The notes under the pieces are model-generated. The model searched no databases. It was not told the origin of the DNA and saw only the letters and a list, made by a program, of their open reading frames with translations. From assembly GCA_003501835.1 (NCBI GenBank), contig DNOU01000031.1, forward strand, positions 13,033 to 53,923: a DNA stretch of 40,891 nucleotides. Direction: 5' to 3'. How positions within the stretch are numbered: the first letter of the stretch is position 1; every line of letters begins with the position of its first letter. Source of the DNA: Anaerolineaceae bacterium. Its GTDB lineage: Bacteria; Chloroflexota; Anaerolineae; Anaerolineales; Anaerolineaceae. A program made the translations under genes and the position numbers. Shown here piece by piece: positions 24,739 to 32,897 of this stretch.

Positions 24739-25119
24739 CTAGGCGGCGGTGATCGCATCCGGGTCTATCCATTCAGGGGGTTGCCATCCGGGTGGTGCAG
24801 ACCGGATGATGTTGTAATTCATGGCAATATTGGTTGGATTCTGCCAATACGAATACTTGGGCGTGGATAGTGCTATGGTTTCTTTTCCGCCTGGTACTGT
24901 CGCATTATTGACAGTTACATCTTGTTGCTTAAGTAGATCCTGAAAATATGGATCGTTCAACCATCGCCTTGGGATGTTATGCCCTTCCCCATTGAGACCG
25001 ATCACCATCACGGCATCAGAACTATTACCAGGCATCTTCCCATGAGGTACTTGATATTCTTCCGGTTTGATCGTGGGGCTGCCCTCCCACGGATTGATCT
25101 TTTCAGGATCGTAACCCAT
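24739..25119 (-). CDS. Hypothetical head-region protein (126 aa)
   Basis: ORF between the portal-proximal genes and the giant gene. Its TAG lies 7 nt before the giant gene ATG. Confidence 0.55.
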   Translation of the reverse strand: MGYDPEKINPWEGSPTIKPEEYQVPHGKMPGNSSDAVMVIGLNGEGHNIPRRWLNDPYFQDLLKQQDVTVNNATVPGGKETIALSTPKYSYWQNPTNIAMNYNIIRSAPPGWQPPEWIDPDAITAA

Positions 25120-25153
25120 TGTCTTCCACCTTATTGAATTGAGAATGCTTTTA

Positions 25154-26026
25154 TTAAATCCGCCAGTTCATCAATGCGTTGTAGTAATTTTGGAGGGCAT
25201 CTGAGTAGGAAGCGCCGCTATAGCCGCCATAGCCGCCATAGCCGCCCCAGGGGTATTCATACGGCCACTCTTGATTCTGGTCTTGATTGGAATAAGTTAT
25301 AGTCTTTGGAGGGGTGGTTAATTGTTTCGCTGCCCGCTCTTTCCACAGGTCTCGTAATCCCCATCTGTATTCTGTATCGTCTGGATCTTGGGTCGGATCG
25401 TAGAATTTGTAAGCAGATGTCGCCAGTGGGTCTACCCCATTGATTAAACGCGTGCGGTAGTATTCATCAAGCACAGACGATTTGTCTTCGGGTTCAGCAA
25501 ACGGATTCTGTAATCCCTCCCAGGGGAATTTGACCTTTGGCTGATCTTCACCACCTGGTATGTTATCAGGATTACCCCAAAGATATAACTGCTTTACGAT
25601 GTCCAGAATGGTGGGTTGCTTGGGCGCGGTGGGTAGTTGTTTCACTACCGGGGTGGGATTTACAAATTTCACCGTGTCGGGAGTGTCTCCCACGCCAAAG
25701 GAGGGTATATCAATATTGCCAATTCCCAAACCTGAATTCCCGCCCCCCATATTGGGTGCCTGAATGAACCGCTCTTGATTTCTCGTGCGTCCACCAGGAA
25801 GATATTCTCTATCTTCCTCCCCCACGTTCTGGCGATTCAAGGACATTTGGTACAGGTACGAGTTGTACCAATCGTTCATTTGCGGACCGTACTTTGGATA
25901 CTTCCGCTGCTGCTGGGTGATCAGGTCAGAATCCTGCGCATCGCCATAGATCACACCCTTGGGTTTTGGTTTCGGTGTCGGTGTCTGCTTGGGTTGGGTT
26001 CTCGGATCATCGTATGAGATTGCCAT
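25154..26026 (-). CDS. Hypothetical low-complexity (Pro/Gly/Tyr/Gln-rich) protein, possible internal or ejected virion protein
   Basis: I prefer ATG 26026 (GGAGG RBS, 6-nt spacing) over the TTG at 26038. C-terminal GGYGGYGGYSG repeat. Largely disordered-looking. Confidence 0.55.
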   Translation of the reverse strand: MAISYDDPRTQPKQTPTPKPKPKGVIYGDAQDSDLITQQQRKYPKYGPQMNDWYNSYLYQMSLNRQNVGEEDREYLPGGRTRNQERFIQAPNMGGGNSGLGIGNIDIPSFGVGDTPDTVKFVNPTPVVKQLPTAPKQPTILDIVKQLYLWGNPDNIPGGEDQPKVKFPWEGLQNPFAEPEDKSSVLDEYYRTRLINGVDPLATSAYKFYDPTQDPDDTEYRWGLRDLWKERAAKQLTTPPKTITYSNQDQNQEWPYEYPWGGYGGYGGYSGASYSDALQNYYNALMNWRI

Positions 26027-26237
26027 TTGGACCTCCAATGAGTTGATCGATCTCGATTGCTTTATCTGGATTGGATTGCTTGATCAGGTCAATCACACCT
26101 GGCTGCATCTTCTCCAGCATCTTCAAAAACATTCGCGCCTGGGGAGCTTCCCATTGCTTTTTAAATTCGGTCTTTCATCCCTCGACCTCTGCCCTGGCTT
26201 CAAGAAAAATATCCTCGGCATCTGAAATATTAGCCAT
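26007..26237 (-). other. Small ORF after portal, interrupted by one in-frame TGA (20 codons, TGA, 56 codons)
   Basis: ATG 26237 with GGGAGGGA RBS, overlapping the portal stop. TGA at 26175-26177. The same frame stays open to the TGA at 26007-26009, just past the next gene's ATG. Confidence 0.4.
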
Positions 26238-28008
26238 TCGTCCCTCCCTGTGGCGTCTGACCCTGACCACCACCTGGGATCATGCCGGCCATCTGCGGTG
26301 GTAATCCACCCTGGATCCGCTGCCCCTGTCCAGCGGCCATCTGTGGATTGGCAAGCATGTCGGGGGTTGGCATCAGACCTGATTGCCCAGGTGGTGTTTG
26401 CCCCTGTCCTTGTGCCTGCGCTGCTGCCTGGGCTTCTGCCAGGGCTTTCTCCTGCGCGGCTTTCTGCTCGGCAGCCTGTTCCTGGGCTTGCCGTTGCATT
26501 TCGGTCTGGATGTAGGCGGCTACCATGGCCTGCTCTGCCTGTTGCGTCCAAACTTTCTTGCGCATTTCTTCCGTGTTCTGAATGTTCAGGATGTTTTCCT
26601 GGATCCATTCATCGTCTGCCAGTCCGGTGTTTTTGAGCATCACAGCAATGTTGGCAAGCTGCAACCGGTCCTGGGGCAGGGAGACATCGAGCTTCACTTC
26701 CACATCCAGATCATCCGGGATCTCCTCCGGTATCAATTCTGATCCGGCGAGTGCCAGAGCTTCTGCGCCATCCTTCTTTGCCATCATCAACATCAGCCTG
26801 GCGACCTCGGCAATTGCTGCCCCGCCCATGCGCTGCGGTCCAATGAGCGGCAAGCGTCCCGACTGGTTGAGCAAAGAGAATTCGCTGAACGTGGTCTGCC
26901 GGTTCATGGGTGCGCCAAATGCCTGGGCGTGGATCGTATTTTCTTCGAGCTTCTGACTGGCCAGGTTCATGCCCTCCATGAAAGCAGGGTCGATCAATCC
27001 CTTGTTGCCCATGGGTTCGAGCTTCTCATTCGCGGACAACTCCACCACACCACCCGGTACATCGAAATTCAATTCAAGTTTTTTGTCAGGGTTCTCCGCG
27101 CTGGAAGTGTGAATAAACATGGCACTGGCTCCCATGCCAAAGATCGTGGTGTACAGGATGGTCATGCTCAGGTTCTGCGCTTTCCAGATCCCGGATTTGT
27201 AAATGGAATAAAGCAAGGGCTGGGTCTGATCTTCTGGCTTGTCAAACAAACCTGATCCATCCACCTGGGTGCTGCTGATGGGAATTTCAGGGAATCCATG
27301 CGGCCCCATCCATATATCGTGACCCTCCACCCAATAAGCGGCGTAGTCCAGATCGTAAAATGTAGACAGGGTGAGCTGCCCGATTCCGTGCTTCTGTTTC
27401 AGTTCATTGGGCAGCAGGTCACCAAAGGTATTCAACAGGTAGCTGTGGCTGACCTTGGTTTCCCGGTAGTAGGCGGTCAAGCCGGCAATGTCAAATTCCG
27501 GATAGCCTGAATGTGGATTCCAGTTTTCCACCAGGTAGGGGGTCATCCTGGCAAGGCGCTCAATGCGTTCCTTGTGCTTGGTGGTTCGCTTGATCAGGTC
27601 TGCCATGGGAGTGATGGCGTTGTCGATCCTGCCATAAAGGACTGCGGATAATAGGGCGTCAAAGTGAATAGGTCGCTTCTTGATCTTGCCTGAGTTCGTC
27701 CACCACCGGGTCAGGTCCTTCTCAATCTTGTCTGTGTCCACGTTTTCATTGGTGGTGGTCACGCTGAATTGCGGATCTGTGGGCAGCATCAAGCGGGTGG
27801 CGTTCAATACTTTGTTCCTGGCATCCGGGGAGATGGTGATCACCGTGCCATCCCGTAGTTGTTTCTTTTCAGTCTCGCCCCATTTCAGATTGAAGATGTT
27901 TTCATATTCTGTGAAATCTTTATGCAGGTTCGAGTAGATAGATTTCAGGTCTGCCGCGTGTTCTTTGAGTTTCCTCATTTGCTCGGTGTCGATCTGGATT
28001 TCACTCAT
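26230..28008 (-). CDS. Portal protein
   Basis: 592 aa. ATGA overlap with the terL stop, with size and position typical of a portal. Gln/Ala/Gly-rich C-terminal tail. Confidence 0.7.
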   Translation of the reverse strand: MSEIQIDTEQMRKLKEHAADLKSIYSNLHKDFTEYENIFNLKWGETEKKQLRDGTVITISPDARNKVLNATRLMLPTDPQFSVTTTNENVDTDKIEKDLTRWWTNSGKIKKRPIHFDALLSAVLYGRIDNAITPMADLIKRTTKHKERIERLARMTPYLVENWNPHSGYPEFDIAGLTAYYRETKVSHSYLLNTFGDLLPNELKQKHGIGQLTLSTFYDLDYAAYWVEGHDIWMGPHGFPEIPISSTQVDGSGLFDKPEDQTQPLLYSIYKSGIWKAQNLSMTILYTTIFGMGASAMFIHTSSAENPDKKLELNFDVPGGVVELSANEKLEPMGNKGLIDPAFMEGMNLASQKLEENTIHAQAFGAPMNRQTTFSEFSLLNQSGRLPLIGPQRMGGAAIAEVARLMLMMAKKDGAEALALAGSELIPEEIPDDLDVEVKLDVSLPQDRLQLANIAVMLKNTGLADDEWIQENILNIQNTEEMRKKVWTQQAEQAMVAAYIQTEMQRQAQEQAAEQKAAQEKALAEAQAAAQAQGQGQTPPGQSGLMPTPDMLANPQMAAGQGQRIQGGLPPQMAGMIPGGGQGQTPQGGTNG

Positions 28009-29399
28009 CGGATCAGCTCCATCAGGCTGGATTGTCGTTGCTTGATTTCTCTCTTGGGTGTGACCACGGCAGTGCTTCGGGTGAATCCATAACGCCAGGC
28101 ATCGTAGGGATCATCACCGTCCACCTTCAATACATCCTCGGTGTTCTTGTCGTCGATCACCAGGGAAGGCATGATCTTGATCAGGTCCGCGCATTGCCGG
28201 AAGACCACCACGCCGGGCTTGCCATCGGGCAGGTTTGCCAGGAAGTTGTTGATCACGCGTTTACCGTTCACCCGGTCATTGGCCGCCTTTGTCAGGACAA
28301 TCCCCACCCTGGCAAACTCCTGGGGCGCAGTGGTGACAGCTCCATTCAGATTCTTTTCACGCCACATGTCGGGGGAGGCGTAAGTAAACAGAATGCGTTC
28401 ATTGGGCAGGGTGGCGGTCTTGATGGCATTGGCTATTTCAATGTCGGTCTGCAGCCTGCCGTGCAATTCCCGGATCGTGTAATGCCGGTTGGAGTTCGGG
28501 TCCATCTTCCACCAGTAGCAGTACCAGGGATGATCCCAGCCATAGTCCAGGCTGCGCCAGGTTGGCCAGTCATCGGGAAGATCCTGGTAGTCCACCGTGT
28601 GTCGGGTGTATGACCATGAAGCGAAAGCCTGACCAGCGAATACAGTCCAATCGCCTTCGAGTAACGCCTTGCCCACCAGGGCATCACGTGCCATCAACCG
28701 CGCTTCATAGTTCGGATCACGTGACACACCGATCTGATTGTCCTGGATGAACGCCGGGATGAAGATGGTTTTCTCTTTGGAACCATTGGGGTTGGTGACT
28801 TCCTTCACCTGCTGATGCTCACCCATGCCCCGGAGAAGATCAAATAACTGCAAGTACCAGGTGTGCCCCACGTTGCCAGGGTTGGTGGCAAATACCCTGA
28901 ATGGGTGCGGACCATCCTTGATGGTGGATCTGTTGCGGGTGATCAGGTAGTCCACAATCGACCAGGTGAAGTGGGTGGCTTCATCGATAAGCAGGATGTC
29001 AAATGCCTGGCTCTGATACTGGAACACATCTGATTCAAATTGACAGTGACAGAAGTGCAGCCGGCTGCCGGTGGGGAATACATGCACGTGCTTCTGCTCG
29101 TTGTATCTGGATACGCCGGCAAGCAACGCCTGACTGCGGAGGATCGCCCCATCCGCCCCTTCCAGCTCCGGGTAGGTGCGCCGGAAATAACCAATGCTGA
29201 TCCCTGGGTATGCAAACGCTGCGGCAATGGCAATCCCCAGCAGCCCATCACTCTTACCCCCAAATGCGGCGCCACCATAGCCGATGGTTTCACAGATCGC
29301 ATCCCTGGGATGACCGCCCTCGAATACCTGATCCAAACCACAGGCGGCCAGCACCTGGGCTTGTTTTGGTTGGGGGGTCCAATGAATGTCGTATCTCAT
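28005..29399 (-). CDS. terL: Terminase large subunit
   Basis: 464 aa. Walker A-like GGAAFGGKSDG, Walker B ILLIDEATHF, and a C-terminal nuclease-type region. Confidence 0.85.
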   Translation of the reverse strand: MRYDIHWTPQPKQAQVLAACGLDQVFEGGHPRDAICETIGYGGAAFGGKSDGLLGIAIAAAFAYPGISIGYFRRTYPELEGADGAILRSQALLAGVSRYNEQKHVHVFPTGSRLHFCHCQFESDVFQYQSQAFDILLIDEATHFTWSIVDYLITRNRSTIKDGPHPFRVFATNPGNVGHTWYLQLFDLLRGMGEHQQVKEVTNPNGSKEKTIFIPAFIQDNQIGVSRDPNYEARLMARDALVGKALLEGDWTVFAGQAFASWSYTRHTVDYQDLPDDWPTWRSLDYGWDHPWYCYWWKMDPNSNRHYTIRELHGRLQTDIEIANAIKTATLPNERILFTYASPDMWREKNLNGAVTTAPQEFARVGIVLTKAANDRVNGKRVINNFLANLPDGKPGVVVFRQCADLIKIMPSLVIDDKNTEDVLKVDGDDPYDAWRYGFTRSTAVVTPKREIKQRQSSLMELIR

Positions 29400-29400
29400 T

Positions 29401-29856
29401 TCATTCGCTCTTGATAAACCTGACCTCGATGGGTCCGGATGTGGTCACATCCACCCTGGCAGATCGCTCACCCAACTCCTTGGCAATATCGTCCAGGATG
29501 CCACGGTATTGATCGACCTCCCCGGCATTGAATGACTTACCGTACTTGCCCGCGATCCACAACTTATCTTCAGCAGTCAACAGGTCTTTCTCCAACCTTC
29601 TTGCCAGACGTTTGAGCTTACTGATCCGCATGGCTTTCAATGCCAGACCGGTTTCCATGGCGGTCTTGTGTTCGCGTTTGATGATCTCTTTCACGTCCAC
29701 CTGGCATTGCTTGCGGTAGTAGTTCACAGTCTCGCGCGATACGTCAAATGGTTTCTTGAATGCCCTTGCCCTGGTGTTGATCTCACCAGGTGTGATGCCC
29801 TCGCTGATCCAGGCAATCAATGCGGTCTTTTGGGTTTTCGTCAGTCGTTTCGTCAT
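29401..29856 (-). CDS. terS: Terminase small subunit (N-terminal HTH)
   Basis: 151 aa directly upstream of terL. N-terminal HTH-like LTKTQKTALIAWISEGITPGEINTRA followed by coiled coil. Confidence 0.6.
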   Translation of the reverse strand: MTKRLTKTQKTALIAWISEGITPGEINTRARAFKKPFDVSRETVNYYRKQCQVDVKEIIKREHKTAMETGLALKAMRISKLKRLARRLEKDLLTAEDKLWIAGKYGKSFNAGEVDQYRGILDDIAKELGERSARVDVTTSGPIEVRFIKSE

Positions 29857-29870
29857 AATGTGTCAGGTAA

Positions 29871-29906
29871 TAAATACAAAAAACGGATCCCAATAGTGGG
29901 ACCCGT
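29871..29906 (-). terminator. Intrinsic terminator in the leader of the terS/terL/portal block
   Basis: Minus-strand RNA ACGGGUCCCA-CUAU-UGGGAUCCGU (10 bp including one G:U) followed by UUUUUUGUAUUUAUU. A:C mismatch if read on the plus strand. Confidence 0.75.
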
Positions 29907-29932
29907 TTTTGGCAGTCGGTCTTTCTTAGATT

Positions 29933-29961
29933 ATTATACGGTAGTCAGGGTGGTTTTTCAA
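29933..29961 (-). promoter_or_regulatory. Near-consensus sigma70-like promoter (TTGAAA-17 nt-TATAAT)
   Basis: -35 at 29961-29956 overlapping the stop of the upstream ORF. Perfect TATAAT at 29938-29933. Confidence 0.55.
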
Positions 29962-30146
29962 TCAGATTCTAGTCGATCCTCTGATGGTTTTGGAAAGAAG
30001 ATTACCGGACCGGGAACAAGGGATCGTACGTGACCATTGCGAATGATGATCGTGATTTCACCCGCCCCGGATGGGCTGTTGCATATCTCCCTTATGTATT
30101 GGTCAAGCAAATCTCGTTGTTCACGGGTCAGTTCCACAGTGGGCAC
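29958..30146 (-). CDS. Small hypothetical protein (62 aa) immediately upstream of the late promoter
   Basis: GTG start with GAAGG nearby. No recognisable motif. Its position is analogous to late-regulator genes in lambdoid phages. Confidence 0.45.
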   Translation of the reverse strand: MPTVELTREQRDLLDQYIREICNSPSGAGEITIIIRNGHVRSLVPGPVIFFPKPSEDRLESD

Positions 30147-30155
30147 GCCTTCTGG

Positions 30156-30299
30156 CTAGATGTCGAGTTTGATGAGCAGATCCGAAATTGCGTCGGATAT
30201 TTCTTCGAGCTTGATTATAACAGTCCGAACATTCCCTGCGATTGGGGATTCAGCAGTTTGTGGATTGATTGGCTGGTCGCCTTTAGCCTCTGTAATCAT
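30156..30299 (-). CDS. Small ORF (47 aa from ATG; frame open from 30356)
   Basis: No SD before the ATG at 30299. The frame is the -1 frame relative to the upstream 32-codon ORF. Confidence 0.25.
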   Translation of the reverse strand: MITEAKGDQPINPQTAESPIAGNVRTVIIKLEEISDAISDLLIKLDI

Positions 30300-30337
30300 A
30301 CGCTTGGTAATTGGAGCGAGCCTGTCGATCAGGGTTT

Positions 30338-30436
30338 TTACCTCCCCTGGAGGGAATCACTCACTAAGGATATCTGATTTATTCGTTCCTCCACTCCCCC
30401 AATAGCTCGTGCTGGTGTTTCGCAAGATCCGTCCAT
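30338..30436 (-). CDS. Small ORF (32 aa)
   Basis: ATG 30436 with AAAGGAGAA RBS. Ends ...CAG GGG AGG TAA. Confidence 0.35.
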   Translation of the reverse strand: MDGSCETPARAIGGVEERINQISLVSDSLQGR

Positions 30437-30458
30437 TTGTTTTCTCCTTTGAATTTGA

Positions 30459-31742
30459 TTATGCCGGCTTTTCCATCGGCAGAATGACCTGAATATTTGA
30501 GGTGCGTTTTATTGCGATGTCGCGGATATACTGGTAGTTCAGTTCGGTTCCAATTGCCCTGCGTCCCAGCCGGATCGCCACACGTCCCACCGTACCGCTG
30601 CCCATGAATGGATCAAAGACAAGATCGCCAGGCCTGGAACCTGCCAGGATACACGGCTCAACCAATTTTTCCGGCATAACTGCATAATGCATTTCTTTGG
30701 TAGGCTGTGTGCTGATTGTCCAGACAGATCTCTTGTTTCTGGCTGGAACGCCATCCTTCTCAGATCCTAGCCACTCTCCAGTTTCCACATCATAGCCACC
30801 GCTCTGTTTCTTGAATCCTCCGCCAGCGCCTCCAGTGGACTTATCTGCATCTGCCATCTTCCTGGATGTCATTCGATTTGATGTAACGATATCACCACCA
30901 TGGTGCTGGGGTGTACCATCGATCTGCGCTTTGTCTTTATATCCGCGAATTTTGTTCGGCCAGCGTTCACGGCTTCTATTATATGTTTCATAATTCTTGT
31001 ATTTCCTTCCCCCATTGTATTTGGTATCTTTCCTACCATCATATGCTGCAGGTTCAAGGATTGCTTGGTAATTGTAGTAATAAGTTGGGGATTTTGTCAG
31101 CAGGAAGATGTATTCATGGTTCTTGGTTGGGCGGTCCTTAACGCTTTCTGGCATGGGGTTAGGCTTCGACCAGATGATTTCCGATCTTAAATACCAGCCG
31201 CCACGATTCGCATCAATATACTCCTGTTCCAGTCTTTCAACCTCGGCTCTGATTTTGTCCGGCCACTCCTCTATTGAATCATAGCTGTCCGTGATTGCAT
31301 TGATCATTCTTTGAATATCTCGCATGTGAGCGGGAGAGGCCGCACCATCATCCCGCAGGGCGAAGGCGACCATCCATGGAATGCCTAAGAGGTCCTTGGG
31401 CTTTGCAGTTCCCCGACCAAGTTTTATATCTCCACAATTCTCCTGCATTTTGGTTACCCGGTTAGTCCACCCTTCCCTGGCGTTGGTGTTGAATCCATTT
31501 CCGCGCTGCTGTCCATAAGAATCACCTATGTTTAGCCATAGGGTACCGTCATCTTTAAGCACTCTCTTGACTTCTCGAAAAGCCTCCACAAGTTTCATCA
31601 CATAATCTTCTGGAGATTCTTCCATGCCAATTTGACCAGATACCTGATAATCTCTCAGTCCGAAATAGGGCGGCGAACTCACCACGCACTGGACCGTATT
31701 GTCTGCCAGGGGGATGTGCATTGCGTCTGCGTTAATAATCAT
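30459..31742 (-). CDS. DNA N6-adenine/N4-cytosine methyltransferase (beta-class motif order)
   Basis: Motif IV VVSSPPYFG near the N-terminus and motif I FDPFMGSGTVG near the C-terminus. I prefer ATG 31742, which forms an ATGA overlap with the stop of the upstream C5-MTase. Confidence 0.85.
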   Translation of the reverse strand: MIINADAMHIPLADNTVQCVVSSPPYFGLRDYQVSGQIGMEESPEDYVMKLVEAFREVKRVLKDDGTLWLNIGDSYGQQRGNGFNTNAREGWTNRVTKMQENCGDIKLGRGTAKPKDLLGIPWMVAFALRDDGAASPAHMRDIQRMINAITDSYDSIEEWPDKIRAEVERLEQEYIDANRGGWYLRSEIIWSKPNPMPESVKDRPTKNHEYIFLLTKSPTYYYNYQAILEPAAYDGRKDTKYNGGRKYKNYETYNRSRERWPNKIRGYKDKAQIDGTPQHHGGDIVTSNRMTSRKMADADKSTGGAGGGFKKQSGGYDVETGEWLGSEKDGVPARNKRSVWTISTQPTKEMHYAVMPEKLVEPCILAGSRPGDLVFDPFMGSGTVGRVAIRLGRRAIGTELNYQYIRDIAIKRTSNIQVILPMEKPA

Positions 31743-32680
31743 TTGGCAATCTCCACGATCCTCTTCCCAATCCATTCAGCAACGGGGACACACACCGCAT
31801 TGCCATACTGCCTGTACCTCACGCTGTCTGCCAACCAATCATTCCAATCATCAGGAAAACCCTGCAGCCTGGCACATTCTACGGGAGATAATCTTCTCAC
31901 TCCGATTGATTCCAGACCTCCTCTGCCTCCACCTGATTTTTCCCCACGTTTGTTTACAATAATTGGAGCCTCATGATCATTACTCAATGTTGGAGATTTA
32001 TCGTTCTCAATCTCTGCGCCTCCCTGCCCCGTGGCTATTACGAAGTTCCAATTTTTGTCATCCCGCCCATTGATGCCACCTGGATGAGCTCCTCCCGCAA
32101 GAACTTCGGTAATTTCCTGCCCCGCCGGTTCACCCTGCGCAATATTCCCATACAGGCTCTCGGACTCAAATAATACCGTTGCGCTATCTCCCGTTCCAAG
32201 ACTACCGACAATGAACACACGTCTGCGCCTTTGGGGAACTCCGAAATATTGAGCGTCAAGAATCCTCCAGGAAACGCCATACCCGCATTTTGCCAGCCAT
32301 TGAATGATGACGGCAAAATCCCTTCCCCTGTTGCTGGATAAAAGACCGGGGACATTTTCAACGACCACCCACTTCGGACCAAGGAGCTCAATAATTCGCG
32401 CAAACTCGAACCATAATCCTGACCGCTTTCCAGCAAGGCCCGCCCTGTTTCCGGCAATGGAGACATCCTGACAGGGAAACCCTCCGCAAATAAGGTCAAC
32501 TGCTTCTGTGTTTTGTCTTGTGATTCTTTTGACGTCTTCATATATGGGCACATCCCAATGTCTTTTTAATACCTGTCTGGCTTTTGGATCGATCTCGCAT
32601 TGCCAGAAACATCCCATGCCTGCCCGCTCAAAGCCGAGGTCAAATCCGCCAATGCCAGAAAACAGGGAACCAAATTTCAT
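31739..32680 (-). CDS. DNA (cytosine-5)-methyltransferase
   Basis: All key motifs seen: FSGIGGFDLG (I), GGFPCQDVS (IV), ENVPGL (VI), QRRRRVFIVG (VIII) and GNAVCVPVAEWIG (X). Confidence 0.92.
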   Translation of the reverse strand: MKFGSLFSGIGGFDLGFERAGMGCFWQCEIDPKARQVLKRHWDVPIYEDVKRITRQNTEAVDLICGGFPCQDVSIAGNRAGLAGKRSGLWFEFARIIELLGPKWVVVENVPGLLSSNRGRDFAVIIQWLAKCGYGVSWRILDAQYFGVPQRRRRVFIVGSLGTGDSATVLFESESLYGNIAQGEPAGQEITEVLAGGAHPGGINGRDDKNWNFVIATGQGGAEIENDKSPTLSNDHEAPIIVNKRGEKSGGGRGGLESIGVRRLSPVECARLQGFPDDWNDWLADSVRYRQYGNAVCVPVAEWIGKRIVEIAK

Positions 32681-32838
32681 TCTTCCTCCATGAAAAATAC
32701 GTCATCGGCTTCTTCGCACCCATACTCGTAATCATCCTCCTGGCATATGTGTGGGCAATCGTCAGGAACGGGCAATCCGCCAGTGTCATCCAGATCGCAG
32801 TCACAGATCTGGCCGCAAATTGGGCATTCGTGCACCAT
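32677..32838 (-). CDS. 53-aa highly acidic Cys-rich protein, translationally coupled to the C5-MTase
   Basis: Not in the ORF track (under 60 aa). GAGGAGG RBS and ATG 32838. Sequence MVHECPICGQICDCDLDDTGGLPVPDDCPHICQEDDYEYGCEEADDVFFMEEE has 18 Asp/Glu, 7 Cys and no Lys/Arg. Its TGA overlaps the MTase ATG (ATGA). Confidence 0.55.
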   Translation of the reverse strand: MVHECPICGQICDCDLDDTGGLPVPDDCPHICQEDDYEYGCEEADDVFFMEEE

Positions 32839-32897
32839 TCGCCTCCTCTATTGGCATGGTGAAAAAATCAGGATTTGTTTTGTTCATATTTCACCCC

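Noticed and set aside
26175-26177. Alternative genetic code (TGA as a sense codon) to explain the in-frame TGA
   Set aside because: TGA is used as the genuine stop of many genes here, including the 3,689-aa gene, the C5-MTase, terL, terS and the small acidic ORF. The element uses the standard code, so any decoding of this TGA would be site-specific.
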